From: Candidatus Latescibacterota bacterium
GTDB lineage: Bacteria; Latescibacterota; UBA2968; UBA8231
Assembly: GCA_965215195.1 (NCBI GenBank)
Contig: CBDCDC010000002.1
Coordinates: forward strand, 1,024,001 to 1,088,000
Reading direction: 5' to 3'
Length of the DNA: 64,000 nucleotides
The position numbers were made by a program, and so were the translations under genes. Positions 27,325 through 37,965 of the stretch are shown piece by piece. How positions within the stretch are numbered: position 1 is the stretch's first letter; the number at the start of each line of letters is the position of its first letter. The notes beneath the pieces were generated by a model. It saw only the letters and a list, made by a program, of their open reading frames with translations. It had not been told where the DNA came from and did not search any database.

Positions 27325-29982
27325 CTAGTTCAGCCCCGCGTAAATCGTCACAAAGGATTCGTTGGTCGTCCGCGCCGGCTGCCCGGTGAACTGCTTGCGC
27401 TCTATTTTCATGCCAGTCAGGGCGCGGAGCTTGTAGCCGAGGTAGTTGGACTCATTGCTGAACTGGACGGCTACGGTCACCGCGTCGAAGTCGTTGGCGT
27501 CGGCGTCGAAGTCGTTGAAGATCGCGTACTCCACGCCGGCTTGGAGCTTGGTCACCTGCAAGACCTGCGTCTCCACCAAGCCCGAAAACAGCTCCATCAG
27601 GCTGGTGTGGCTGCTGAGCGAGAGCAGGCTGCGGCTCTGCTTGCGCAGCTCGCTCTTCCAGCGCGGCTCCAGCGACCACGCCCCGAGCTGGAAGCGGTAG
27701 CTCGCTTTGTTGATCAGGCCGAAGAAGAAGTCAGAAGGGGCCAAGCCGTACTGCTGCCGCTGGGCCTTTTCCATCTGCTGGTGGAAGTAGAGCCAATGCA
27801 TCTTGGTGGTCAAAAAGAGCGACGCCACCTGTAGATTGTGGCCGACAAAAAGCTGGTTGACCCAAGTGTCGCGCGCCAACAGGGGGTCCTCGACCTTGGT
27901 CAGCTCGCCGCCGCGCAGGGTATTGTCCGGCGCCCACTGCAACAGGGGGTTGGGGATGTCGTCTTGCACCAACTTGCTCATCTCAAATACCCGCAAGCGA
28001 CCCAGCCGCGGCGCCGCGCGCTCGTAGGTGAACATCAGGTAATTGCTCTCGTTTTTGCGCGCCGAGGAAATCAGCCCCTCGCGCAGCGCACCCACCACCA
28101 AGCGCGCCCGCGGCGTGATGTCGGCCCCGAGGTGGATGTTGAATCCCCGGTGATCCCGGCGATACGGATAATCCGGCTCCTCGTCGTTTTCGTATTGATC
28201 GACCCAAAAGTTGTTGTTCATATCGACGCCAAAGAGAAATTCGGGCCGATCGACGTAAAACCGCAAAAAGGCCTCCTCGTAGTCCGGCTCGGTATTCGAG
28301 CGCACGAACGTGTCGTTTTGGTTGAAGTCGGGCACGAAGTCGTTGTTTTGATCCCAGCCCGGAAAGACCTGCAAGTCGCCGCTGAGAAAGTCGAAGCGCA
28401 CGTTGTCCGGGAATTTGTCCTGATCGTCGTTGTCATCGACCAAATCGACCAAGCCGCGCTCGTTGTCGTAGTCGAAGTCTCCGGTGCCCGAGGTGATAAA
28501 AGTCTGGGTGTTGTAGCGCGGATCCATGCTGTAAAACTCGCCAAAGGCAAAGTACGGAGCGGCCTTTTTGGACGCGTTGACCATCCAAGCGGGGGCCGAG
28601 CGCCGGCCGCCGATCCCGGAGAAGGCCTCGTGGGTCTCTTCGAGCACGTTGGGGTACTTGCGATAGGTCCAGCTCAGATCGTACTCCCCGTACACGTCAA
28701 AGCCCCGCAGGTTTTGCAACTCAAAGCTGCCGCCAAAAATGTGGGTGGCCGTGGGCAGGCCGTACTCAAAGCGGATGGTCTGCAAATTGGTGATGTCTTG
28801 GACATTGCCCTCGGCCTGCGCGACGAGCAGCAAGACCTCCTGGCCGTCGAGATTGATCTGGCGGTCCGAGGTCATCCAGACCTGATAGTCGTTGCCCAGC
28901 GTCAGCAGGAATTCGACCTTGGCGATTTCGTCCTTGGCAAAGCGGGCCCGATCGACAAAGTCCGGGCTGTCAAAGTCGTACACCAGCCGCATTTCCTCCG
29001 GCCCATTGGCTGCGACAAAGCCCTGCTGCAAAAAGCCGCCCTCGACGATCGGCTCAAAGCCAATGGCCTTGCCCGATTCCACCGAGCCATCGCGATAGGT
29101 AATCTGCACGTCCGACGCATCGGGAAAAAAGGCCGCGCCGCCCACGCCGTCTTCGGGCGAGTCGTCGCGCAGCACCAGCTTGATGAGCGAGATGGTTTTG
29201 TTTTGCCCGATGGTCAGGGAGCCGGCGAATGGGTTGCCGGCCTGCTTGTCGAGCAAGGTGTGCGACTGGTGGGCGTTGGCCGTGTGCAGCGCGACTTCCG
29301 CAAAGTCCCCGAGCTGGGCCCCCAACCGCCCGCCCACCAAGATGGTGTTGTTGGTCCGCAGCACCTCGCGGTCCCCGGTTGAGCCGCCGCCTGGGTTGCT
29401 CAGCCGCGAAAACAAAAAGGTGGCTTCGTAGCGGTCGGTAGCGAGGTCGAACTGCACGCCGTCCATGCGGGCCTTGGCAAACACCATCGGCGACAGGACC
29501 GAGCGCAGGCGGCTGCTCGCCGTCAAGGTGTAGAAGTACTGGCCCTTGTTGTCTTGCGCCACCACGACTTCGGAAAACCAGCTCTGGAAGCGGGAAGACT
29601 TGAACAGCACATTGCCGAACTGCTGGGGCTTGCTCTGCGAGTTGTTGAAAATCAGCCAGCCGCGGGTGAGAAAATTGCCGTACAGATCGTAGAAGTAATC
29701 GCCCTCTAGGGTTGTTTCCACGTAGCGCTCATACGGGTTGCGCGCGTAGTTGGTGTATTCCCATTGCCGCCAGTGGTATTCGCTGTACAGTTCCTGCGGC
29801 ACGTACCAGCGGCGCACGGCCGGGTCGAGCGCGTTCAGGGCCACCCCAGGGCCTTGAGGCGCGAGACTCGTCTGGTCGCCGAGCTGCAAGCCCAAGCGCG
29901 TCCCGTACTGGCCCTGTGCGCCGGCCGGCGCGCCGAGTGCGCACAACATTAGGAGACCGCAAATTCCGGTCTTTGCTCTCAC
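27325..29982 (-). CDS. Large Asp-rich secreted, putative outer-membrane protein, paralog of 57853..60483
   Basis: GGAGG RBS then GTG 29982; signal peptide; DDSPEDG, DDNDDQD, DMNNN; amphipathic beta-like C-terminus ending FVTIYAGLN. Confidence 0.8.
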   Translation of the reverse strand: MRAKTGICGLLMLCALGAPAGAQGQYGTRLGLQLGDQTSLAPQGPGVALNALDPAVRRWYVPQELYSEYHWRQWEYTNYARNPYERYVETTLEGDYFYDLYGNFLTRGWLIFNNSQSKPQQFGNVLFKSSRFQSWFSEVVVAQDNKGQYFYTLTASSRLRSVLSPMVFAKARMDGVQFDLATDRYEATFLFSRLSNPGGGSTGDREVLRTNNTILVGGRLGAQLGDFAEVALHTANAHQSHTLLDKQAGNPFAGSLTIGQNKTISLIKLVLRDDSPEDGVGGAAFFPDASDVQITYRDGSVESGKAIGFEPIVEGGFLQQGFVAANGPEEMRLVYDFDSPDFVDRARFAKDEIAKVEFLLTLGNDYQVWMTSDRQINLDGQEVLLLVAQAEGNVQDITNLQTIRFEYGLPTATHIFGGSFELQNLRGFDVYGEYDLSWTYRKYPNVLEETHEAFSGIGGRRSAPAWMVNASKKAAPYFAFGEFYSMDPRYNTQTFITSGTGDFDYDNERGLVDLVDDNDDQDKFPDNVRFDFLSGDLQVFPGWDQNNDFVPDFNQNDTFVRSNTEPDYEEAFLRFYVDRPEFLFGVDMNNNFWVDQYENDEEPDYPYRRDHRGFNIHLGADITPRARLVVGALREGLISSARKNESNYLMFTYERAAPRLGRLRVFEMSKLVQDDIPNPLLQWAPDNTLRGGELTKVEDPLLARDTWVNQLFVGHNLQVASLFLTTKMHWLYFHQQMEKAQRQQYGLAPSDFFFGLINKASYRFQLGAWSLEPRWKSELRKQSRSLLSLSSHTSLMELFSGLVETQVLQVTKLQAGVEYAIFNDFDADANDFDAVTVAVQFSNESNYLGYKLRALTGMKIERKQFTGQPARTTNESFVTIYAGLN

Positions 29983-30005
29983 AGCAACCTCCTTTAGTGG
30001 CCTAT

Positions 30006-33000
30006 TTAATAGGCAGCCGCGATGAGGCGAGTGCGGGTCGTCCCTCCGGCGCCTTCGGCATCCGCCTCCACTGCAATCTGACACAAGTACAACCCCGGCG
30101 GCACCACCTGCCCGGCCGCGTCCTTCCCGTCCCACCTAAACTGCTGCGGCCCGCCGGTCGCCAGCCCGGCTATCTGCCGCACCTGCTGCCCGGCCAGCGT
30201 GTACAGGCGGATGGTCAAGGGCCGCGCGGCCTGTACGCGGAAGAGAGAAAAACCGATTTCAGCGGTCTCGTTGATCCCGTCGCCATTGGGGGTAAACGGG
30301 TTGGGCGCGATGGCAATATCGTCGATGGTGGCCCGCGCCCCTTGCGCGCCAATCGACAGGCTCTTGGAAGGACTCAAGGCGGTCGCGTCGCCCCCGTCGG
30401 CCACCTGCCAAGGCGTGGCCGGTTGGCTCTGCCGCACGGCCACCTGCATCCGCGTCCCTTGCAGGTACACCCGCCCGGCAAAGCGCACGCGCAACAGCCG
30501 ACCGCGCCCCACCACCCAGCCCCGCTGACGGCCCAACCGGCCGTAGCCGCGCTGGTCGAGGCTGTCGCCGGCCGCGTCAAAGGGCACCTGATCGCCCAAC
30601 CCAACCACCTTGCGGAAGTAGCGCACCGGGCCCTGCTCGTCCGCGCCGAGCGCGTCGTAGGCCGCGGCATCTACTTCGGCCAAGCTGCCGTTTGCCAGCC
30701 GCCGAAAGTAGCGCACCGCGCCCCGCTCGGCCTCGGGCAAGAGGCTGTGCGAGGTAAAGGTCAACAGGTTGCGGTCCAGTCCAGTGGGCACCTCGTCGCC
30801 GGGGACGACCGAGCGGTAGTACACCGGAGCGAGCACGTCGGCCGGCGCACCCTGCACGGCCTGCGGAAATTCCAGCCACAGGGAGTCGCCCTCGGCGCGT
30901 ACCCTTAGCTCGTCGCCCCACTCGAATGGCGTTGCGGCCAACAGCTCGGCCTCGGTGCCCATGGCCACATCGACCAGCTTTAGCGCGAACAGCGGGTCCG
31001 CACGCAAGAGCAACTGGTCGAAGCCCGGGCTGCGCACGTTGGCTGGCTGCTGCAAAAAGTTGGGCTGCACGTAGAGCGCAAACGTGTCGAGCACCCCGGC
31101 CGCGGCCGCGGTTGGCCATACCTCGGCCCGCAGGTGCTGGGCCACCGGCTGGTGCAACGCCACCGCAATGCGGTGCAGGGCCGGCGCGTTTTGGCCGCTG
31201 CTTTTGAGACGCGCTTGGACCTGCATGAAGCGCCGCAGGCCCGGGGAGGTGGCCAAGTCCCCGGGCTGCAAGTAGCGCTGACTCCACGGACTCCAGCCCG
31301 GCCCGACCACCACGGTCGTGTCCGAAGGCCCCTTGAGAAAGCCGGCCAGCGTCTTGTACTCGGCCGCGGTCTTCTCGTTGCCGGTCTTGTCAAAATAGCG
31401 GATCTGCTGCAAAAGCTGGTCGCCGCTGCGGGTGCGGATCTCCACGTCCGTGCCCGGGGGCGTGCTCGCCTCCCAGCGCACCGCACCCAAGGCCACCAAC
31501 CCCGGCAGCTCGATCAGATCCGACTCCAGCACCGCCTCGGCCGGCGGCCCCTCGGCGAGCAGCATGAACTCGTGCTGATACGACCAGAACTGGTTCATGT
31601 GGCCGGTGCCGCCCGGGCCGGTGGCCCTAAATCCCGGGGGCACGTGGCCGATGGTGACCATGTCGAGGAAGCGGGTCAAAACCGGCGGCGCCTGAATGTC
31701 GGCAATGTCGCGAAAGTTGCCGGTGAACACATTGCGCTCGCGTTCCTCCGGGCTGATGCGCTGCCACTTGAGATTGCCCTGAGCGTCGCGCTCGCCCGTA
31801 GAGGCGCGCATGATGTAGCCCCGGCTGCTGCACACTAAGCGGGTCTGAGCCAAGCGCACAATGCCCCCCATATCTATGGTCAGCACGTTGGCCGTGGGGT
31901 TTTTCGGGTTGCGGATCTGGTGCGAGAATCCAGTGCTGGCGTCGCCGTCAAACGCCAGCAGCGTATTGGTCCCATCGGTCGTCAGCGCGTACGAGCCGCC
32001 GTTTTCAATCAGGTTGATGGCCAAATTGTCGCCCCAGCCGTGCGCTTTGACCTCGGCTAGGCGCGGCAACTCGCGGCGGTAGTAATCCCGCCGCCCTTGG
32101 CGCTGCGCCTCTAGGGCCTGATAGGTGGCCTCAGCGACCGGCTCCTCGCGGCCGGCTACGTCGCGCGCAAAATAGACGATATCCCCGCGCGCGGCGGCCG
32201 GCAGGGCCTCCCACGCCTCCTGCGCAATCTGTTCGGCCCGGCCGCCGCGCGTGTCCGTGATGACGATGCGGATCGTCTCGAGCTTCCGCCCGGTCCACTC
32301 GGGCGAGCGATGCAAGCTCTCCGCCAGCTTCTTGTCGCTGACCGCGCCAGTGGCCGGGGGGAGTTCCGGGCTGGTGTGCTCGCTCTCGAAGATGTATTCG
32401 CGCTGGGTGGTATTGGGCGCGTCTTGCGGGATGAAAAGCTGGAAGCCGATGCGGCTGTTCGGCTCGTGCAGCAGTGCGCTCTGCCGGTCCGACAGCAGCA
32501 TGATGAAGCGCAGGAAGGGATCCCCGAGCGACTCATCCACGAACTGGAGCGCGAGCCGCTCCACCGGCACCACCCTCCCCAAATCCACCTCGATCCACCA
32601 CTGCTCGATGGGGTCGCGCGGATCCGGTTCCCAGAACGTGGTCGGATCGCCATCGAGAATGTTGGCCGCGAGCTGGGGATTGGACCCCACCCGGCTGATG
32701 CCGGGCCGCACCCAATAGTCGAAGACTAGCTGGTTGAGCGTATTCCGTATGGGCTCGCCGAAAACGTCGAACTGCATGGTGCTGTCGATGGTGCCGATGC
32801 GCGGCTCGGGCTTGCTGATGACGATCGGACGCCTGAACCCGGGATCGTCTAGGACGTTGAAGACCGTCCGCAGGGCGTGCGCCCGCACCGAGCCGTCCTC
32901 GTGGATGCGCGCCAGATGGGTGGGAATGGACCACTGCTGCCAGTGGCTGGCCCGCTCAACTAGGACCTCGTCGGCGGCGATCTGATAGCCCGCTTGGGCC

Positions 33001-33062
33001 TCGGCCCCTGCCCAACTCAGCGCTAGGCCGACGAGGATCTGCACGGCCAAGTGGCTCTTCAT
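30006..33062 (-). CDS. VAY family secreted protein, copy 3 (longest)
   Basis: Signal peptide MKSHLAVQIL; discoidin-like LDGDPTTFW..WWIEVDLGR; FTPNGDGINE; ends AAAY. Confidence 0.88.
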   Translation of the reverse strand: MKSHLAVQILVGLALSWAGAEAQAGYQIAADEVLVERASHWQQWSIPTHLARIHEDGSVRAHALRTVFNVLDDPGFRRPIVISKPEPRIGTIDSTMQFDVFGEPIRNTLNQLVFDYWVRPGISRVGSNPQLAANILDGDPTTFWEPDPRDPIEQWWIEVDLGRVVPVERLALQFVDESLGDPFLRFIMLLSDRQSALLHEPNSRIGFQLFIPQDAPNTTQREYIFESEHTSPELPPATGAVSDKKLAESLHRSPEWTGRKLETIRIVITDTRGGRAEQIAQEAWEALPAAARGDIVYFARDVAGREEPVAEATYQALEAQRQGRRDYYRRELPRLAEVKAHGWGDNLAINLIENGGSYALTTDGTNTLLAFDGDASTGFSHQIRNPKNPTANVLTIDMGGIVRLAQTRLVCSSRGYIMRASTGERDAQGNLKWQRISPEERERNVFTGNFRDIADIQAPPVLTRFLDMVTIGHVPPGFRATGPGGTGHMNQFWSYQHEFMLLAEGPPAEAVLESDLIELPGLVALGAVRWEASTPPGTDVEIRTRSGDQLLQQIRYFDKTGNEKTAAEYKTLAGFLKGPSDTTVVVGPGWSPWSQRYLQPGDLATSPGLRRFMQVQARLKSSGQNAPALHRIAVALHQPVAQHLRAEVWPTAAAAGVLDTFALYVQPNFLQQPANVRSPGFDQLLLRADPLFALKLVDVAMGTEAELLAATPFEWGDELRVRAEGDSLWLEFPQAVQGAPADVLAPVYYRSVVPGDEVPTGLDRNLLTFTSHSLLPEAERGAVRYFRRLANGSLAEVDAAAYDALGADEQGPVRYFRKVVGLGDQVPFDAAGDSLDQRGYGRLGRQRGWVVGRGRLLRVRFAGRVYLQGTRMQVAVRQSQPATPWQVADGGDATALSPSKSLSIGAQGARATIDDIAIAPNPFTPNGDGINETAEIGFSLFRVQAARPLTIRLYTLAGQQVRQIAGLATGGPQQFRWDGKDAAGQVVPPGLYLCQIAVEADAEGAGGTTRTRLIAAAY

Positions 33063-33171
33063 GGTTCCGCGTTCTCCCTCGCTCGCCGGGGTCTGCATCC
33101 CCCGGACCCTTTTCCTACAAAAAAATGTGATAAAACCCTAGCCGCTGCGGAAGGGGAGACCGGGGGTGCGT

Positions 33172-33900
33172 TCACATCCCCCACACCTCAATCGCCGCCC
33201 CACCAACCGATGTCCGCTGGTCGCGAAACACTTTGTCGGCCCAACGCCTGTTTGCGCGCCGGTCAAAAATCACCAGATGCCCGGCTTCAGCTCCGCAGCG
33301 ATCCATGTACCCCACCGTCTGTTCCACCCCCTCGGCAACCGTCTGCTCCAAGCTCTTGTGCAGAATTTTGCACTCAACCACTATCTTGCGCGTCTGTTCG
33401 CCCTGCGGCCATACCATGAGTAAATCCGTCCGTCCTCGGCCCAACCCATACTCTCGCTCAATCCGCCCGCCGCTATTGACAATGCGCTGCAAAAACGCCT
33501 GCACCTCGGCCCAGCGCGTCAACTCCTCGCGCAAGGCCCCCGGTCCAAACTCGGCGAAAATAGCGGCCCACGTCTGGGTTAGAAATTCGTCGCCTAGCGT
33601 CAAGCGCACCCGAGAAGCCAGTTCGCCCAAGATGACCTGAGTGGCCTGTTCCACATCTTCGCGCAGGGCTTGGGCGGGCTCCACATTGACGTACGCGCAG
33701 CCGTAGTCGCTTCCGGCGTTGAGCAGGTCGCGCAGGGCCAGCAGGGCCGAGGTCTTGCCCGTCTGGCGCGGCGCGTACAGCACAAAGTACTTTTTTTGCT
33801 CGATGAGGGTCCGCACCTCGTCGAGATCCAAGCGGTCCAACGGCGGAATGTGGTAGTGATTTGGGGCCTTGACCGGGCCAGCCGTGTTGAAAAAACGCAT
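33172..33900 (-). pseudogene. AAA-like ATPase / PD-(D/E)XK nuclease protein with a large in-frame internal deletion
   Basis: MRFFNTAGP and Walker A APRQTGKT join directly to QAFLQRIVNSGGRIEREYGLGRGRTDL..VVECK; no Walker B visible. Confidence 0.72.
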
Positions 33901-33994
33901 CGCGGCAGGTCCTCGCCTGTGCGTAAGTGGATGCAAAAGCTATTAGATAGGGTCAAAATACAGGGCTGTCAAGGTAGCTGCCGCCGGCGAGTCC

Positions 33995-35623
33995 TTACCA
34001 GTCCACCAAGACGGCGACTTGGTCCTTGTACTTGTCCTGCAACTGGCGGATAAACGCGCCAATTCGCTCGTTTTCCCGCTGGCGGCGCAAGCTGGCGGCC
34101 GCTCGGCGGCGCGCCTCGGCAAAGGGCTGGATCTGGCCGCCCTCCCGCCGCAGCACCCGGAACACCGCGTACCCGTCCATGCTCTCTAGCGGGCCGACGA
34201 GCGCGCCGACCTCCGCGGCAAAGGCCGCTTGTACCAGCTCGGGATAGCGCGGCTCGTACAGGCGCAGCAGGCGCGTCTCCCAGCCGTGCTCGCGCACCGC
34301 GTGTCCCTCAATGCCAACGTGCGAGCGCACTCCGGGCCGGTCGAGTAGGTCGGCTATGGACGCGCCGGCCTCCAGCTCGGTGCGCAGGGCTTGGGCTTTC
34401 TCTTGCCCGGCGGCCCACAATTCGTGGACGACCACGGCCTCGTGCGTACGATAGCGGTCCTTGTGGGCCTCGTAATGCGCTCGGATCTCGTCCTCGCTGG
34501 GCGCGGCCCCGGCCGTGGCCCGTTGGAAGAGCTGATTGAGGATCAGGGCCCGGCGCTGGTGCTCGCGCCACTCGACAAAGGCCGCCTCTTCAGTCCAGCC
34601 GCGCTGGCGCGCCTCGGCCTCAAAGAGCCGCACTGGCAGCAGCAAGCGCCCGATCCGCTCGGCGGCCTCGTCCTGTAGGCCCTGGGCCCCGACCGCTTGC
34701 AGGCTGCCCAAGCCCTCGGCCACGCGGATCGCGCCGCCTTCGTACGTATAGAAAGGGTGATTCAATTCGTCCGTCGTCAGGGAGCGCTCCGCGCTCCGGA
34801 ACAAGATGGCCTCGCCCTCTGGATCTAGGCGTACGCCGTAGCGGCGGCCGAGGCGTTCAAACTCCTCTTCTTCCTTCTCCCGGATCCGTTCCTTGCGCAG
34901 CCGCTCGGCCACTTCCGCGCTGTAGTCGGCGAGCGCGGCCGGGCGATCCTCGACAAAGCGGAAGACCTGATAGCCGCCGGCGAGCGCGACCGGCTCGGCC
35001 ACCTGCCCAGCGGGCAAACCCGCAAAGACAGCGGGCGGGATGGAGAACCGCCGCTCGGCTTGCGTGCGCCCGATCCAGCCGACCACGCCATCGCCCTGCG
35101 AGGCGAAGAGGTCGTTGGCGGCAAAGCGCGCGGCCACCTTCTCAAAGGGCTGGCCCGCGCTCAGGCTGCTCCCGACCGCCTTTAGCTCCTCGCGGGAGCG
35201 CACCAAGATGCGACTCAAGAGCCGCTCGCGGTCAAACTCCATCTCGGCAAAGGCGCGCTCGACATCTGCGGCTGTGATCGCCACCTGCGGCAGGATGACT
35301 TGGGCGCGGTAGCGCTCCACGAGGCGCTGCCGCACCATTTCGCGGAGCTGGTGCGCAACCGCCGAACTGGTGTCGATCCCGAGCGCCCGGGCCTCGACAA
35401 ACATCAGCTCCTCGTCGATCATCGACTGCAAGTGCTCGCGGTCGGCCGCACGTCCTTCCTTGGGGCTGCGCAACCCCGGTGGCAGGTGCTCGACAAAAGC
35501 CGCAAATTCGGCCTGCTCAATCTCCACCTCGCCGACGCGGGCGACGATGGCCTCGTCCTCGCCGCACCCTGCCAACAACAGGGTCAGCAATCCCCAAAAC
35601 CTACTCGATAAATAGCGCATCAA
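33995..35623 (-). CDS. PpiC/SurA-like peptidyl-prolyl isomerase lipoprotein with two parvulin-like domains
   Basis: LLAGC lipobox, IVARVGE, FEKVAARF..GVVGWI, VGPLESMDGYAVFRV. Confidence 0.85.
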   Translation of the reverse strand: MMRYLSSRFWGLLTLLLAGCGEDEAIVARVGEVEIEQAEFAAFVEHLPPGLRSPKEGRAADREHLQSMIDEELMFVEARALGIDTSSAVAHQLREMVRQRLVERYRAQVILPQVAITAADVERAFAEMEFDRERLLSRILVRSREELKAVGSSLSAGQPFEKVAARFAANDLFASQGDGVVGWIGRTQAERRFSIPPAVFAGLPAGQVAEPVALAGGYQVFRFVEDRPAALADYSAEVAERLRKERIREKEEEEFERLGRRYGVRLDPEGEAILFRSAERSLTTDELNHPFYTYEGGAIRVAEGLGSLQAVGAQGLQDEAAERIGRLLLPVRLFEAEARQRGWTEEAAFVEWREHQRRALILNQLFQRATAGAAPSEDEIRAHYEAHKDRYRTHEAVVVHELWAAGQEKAQALRTELEAGASIADLLDRPGVRSHVGIEGHAVREHGWETRLLRLYEPRYPELVQAAFAAEVGALVGPLESMDGYAVFRVLRREGGQIQPFAEARRRAAASLRRQRENERIGAFIRQLQDKYKDQVAVLVDW

Positions 35624-35761
35624 CTTCCATCACTTAGGTCTGCATTCGTGCGTTCAACAGGGCCGGCCGGCCTTTGACCTCGGTCTCCGCTAGGGCTACA
35701 TTCGCGCCGTGTAGTGCTGCCATAAGCCAAAAGATCCGCATCATCTATTATCGAGACAAGT

Positions 35762-37498
35762 ATGAGAAAATTTCTCCAAAAGACAAAACTCGCCGCTTGG
35801 GGCCTGCTCGGCGGCTTGGCGCTCGCCGCCTGCGGCATCGACGAGGGGGCCATACAGCACGTCCCCCGCAACCGCACCCTCATCCTCGGCCTGCCGCAGA
35901 TGCGGGACTACGACTCGTTTAACCCCTTTATCGTCGGCACCCAATCCCCGGGCTTCGACTACCTGTTTGAGCCGCTCTACTTCTACAACGCGTACGTAGA
36001 AAAAGACCACGTCATCCCTTGGATCGCCGAAAGCCACGAGTACAACGCCGACTACACAGAAGTGACAATCCACATTCGCAAGGGGGTGGCGTGGAGCGAT
36101 GGGCGGCCTTGGACCGCCCACGACCTCAAGTTCACCATTGACATGCTCAAGGCCCACGCCCCGGAGCTGGCCTTTTCCACCGACATGGACACCTGGGTCG
36201 CCGCGGTCGAAGTCCCGGATTCGCTGACGGCGCGGTTCGCGCTCAAAGCGCCCAACCCCCGCTTTGTGTTCTCCTATTTTACCTACAACTTCGGCAACGG
36301 CATCCACATCGTGCCCAAGCACATCTGGGAGGGCGAGGATCCGACCTCGTTCAAAAACCTCGACTTGGCCCGCGGCCGGCCGGTCGTTAGCGGCCCCTAT
36401 CGCTTGGTGCGCTCCGCTCCCCAGCAGCGGCTCTGGGATCGGCGCGAGGACTGGTGGGCCGCCCAAATCGGCTTTCAGCGCCTGCCGAGGGTGGAGCGCA
36501 TCATCTACCTGCCCCAAGGCGACGAGAACAAGTGGGTGCAGCTCATCCTCGCCAACCAGATGGATCAGTGCATTGACTTGCGGCCCTCCAACATCAAGAC
36601 CCTTCTCGACCAAAATCCCAACGTCACCACGTGGTCGGGCCGCCAACTGCCCTACGGCTATCGGGACTGGTGGCCGCCGGCCCTCGGCTTTAACAACCTA
36701 GAGCCGCCCTTTGACGACCCGGACATTCGCTGGGCCGTAAACCACGCCATCGACCGCGAACAGCTCGTGGCCATTGGCTGGCAGGGTGCCGGTGAGTACA
36801 CCCTGTTGCCCTTCCCCCACTTCCCGCCGCTGATGCACTACATCGACCAAGTGCAGGATCTGCTAGCAAAGTATCCAGTGGGGCAACACGACCTAGCTCA
36901 GACCGCAGCCATCATGGAGCGCAAGGGCTGGCGCCGGGATGCGGAAGGTATGTGGCAGCGAGACGGCGAGCGCCTGAAAATCCCGGTCGTCGTCTTTCCC
37001 TCGCTCTTCCAAGACTTCACGCCCGTGTTGGTCGAGCAACTGCGCCGCGCCGGTTTCGACGCCTCCTTCCGCATGTTTTCCGACGCCTATACCCGCATGA
37101 CCCAAGGCACGGCCCGCGCCTTTGTCATGGGCAACGGCGGCTCGGTGCGCGACCCGTACTTTACCCTGCGGCTCTACCACAGCCGCTACGTCCAGCCCAC
37201 TGGCACGGCCACTCCGTCTTTCTGGCGCTGGCGCAACGCGGACTTCGACCGCTTAGTCGATCTCATGGGCCAGACCGCGCCCGACGACCCGGCGCTCGTG
37301 CCGCTGTTTCGCCAAGCCCTCGAGATCTGGCTGGCCGAATTGCCGGCCATTCCCCTGCTCCAGTGGTTCCACCGCATTCCCCACAACCAAACCTACTGGA
37401 AAAACTGGCCCTCGGCCGCAAACCCCTACATGAACAGCGCCTATTGGGTGCGCTCGTTTTTGATCGTGCTGTTGGGGTTGGAACCGGCCCAGCGCTGA
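35762..37498 (+). CDS. ABC transporter substrate-binding lipoprotein, family 5 (peptide/oligosaccharide)
   Basis: LAAC lipobox; LFEPL, IRKGVAWSDGRPWTAHDLKFT, PFDDPDIRWAVNHAIDRE. Confidence 0.92.
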   Translation: MRKFLQKTKLAAWGLLGGLALAACGIDEGAIQHVPRNRTLILGLPQMRDYDSFNPFIVGTQSPGFDYLFEPLYFYNAYVEKDHVIPWIAESHEYNADYTEVTIHIRKGVAWSDGRPWTAHDLKFTIDMLKAHAPELAFSTDMDTWVAAVEVPDSLTARFALKAPNPRFVFSYFTYNFGNGIHIVPKHIWEGEDPTSFKNLDLARGRPVVSGPYRLVRSAPQQRLWDRREDWWAAQIGFQRLPRVERIIYLPQGDENKWVQLILANQMDQCIDLRPSNIKTLLDQNPNVTTWSGRQLPYGYRDWWPPALGFNNLEPPFDDPDIRWAVNHAIDREQLVAIGWQGAGEYTLLPFPHFPPLMHYIDQVQDLLAKYPVGQHDLAQTAAIMERKGWRRDAEGMWQRDGERLKIPVVVFPSLFQDFTPVLVEQLRRAGFDASFRMFSDAYTRMTQGTARAFVMGNGGSVRDPYFTLRLYHSRYVQPTGTATPSFWRWRNADFDRLVDLMGQTAPDDPALVPLFRQALEIWLAELPAIPLLQWFHRIPHNQTYWKNWPSAANPYMNSAYWVRSFLIVLLGLEPAQR

Positions 37499-37622
37499 GA
37501 AGCTGACGAGCCCGACGCGTCCATGGAGGACTAGTCCGACCATCGAGTATTTGGGGTTTGCGCTGGTTTTTGAGTTGTGAAATTGCGGATGCCGTTGGCG
37601 CAGGGGCTATCAGGCACTTCGA

Positions 37623-37952
37623 TTAGGTTCGACTGCTTAGCGGCGAATCCGTATGCAAATCCTCGTTCTTCTGAGACTCTTTCTCCGGATTCATCCATGC
37701 AGGAAGAGGGGTCCCTGTAGCCTCCGCATACAAGGTCTCCGGTGCTATGTCGATCTCGTTGCCCCACGTCAAGACGCCAAGCTCCTTGTTGATAGCGAAA
37801 CTCCGAAAGAACTCAAGATCCCTGAAGTGCTCAAATACACCTCGCCGCTCCAAGTACTTTGCGAAATCAACGGTCCCGCGCTGGCCGTTATCGAACTCTA
37901 GCTCGATTAGGTAGCCGCCCTGATAGATAGCAGAAACAACGTCGTGTAGCAT
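37623..37952 (-). CDS. DUF2442 family protein (putative antitoxin)
   Basis: LEFDNGQRGTVD..LTWGNEIDIAPETLY. Confidence 0.85.
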   Translation of the reverse strand: MLHDVVSAIYQGGYLIELEFDNGQRGTVDFAKYLERRGVFEHFRDLEFFRSFAINKELGVLTWGNEIDIAPETLYAEATGTPLPAWMNPEKESQKNEDLHTDSPLSSRT

Positions 37953-37965
37953 ACAGAGCTCCTTT

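Noticed and set aside
27838-29382. 514-aa plus-strand ORF (likewise 21660..22832 and 29712..30908)
   Set aside because: Shadow ORFs typical of GC-rich coding DNA, opposite well-supported genes.
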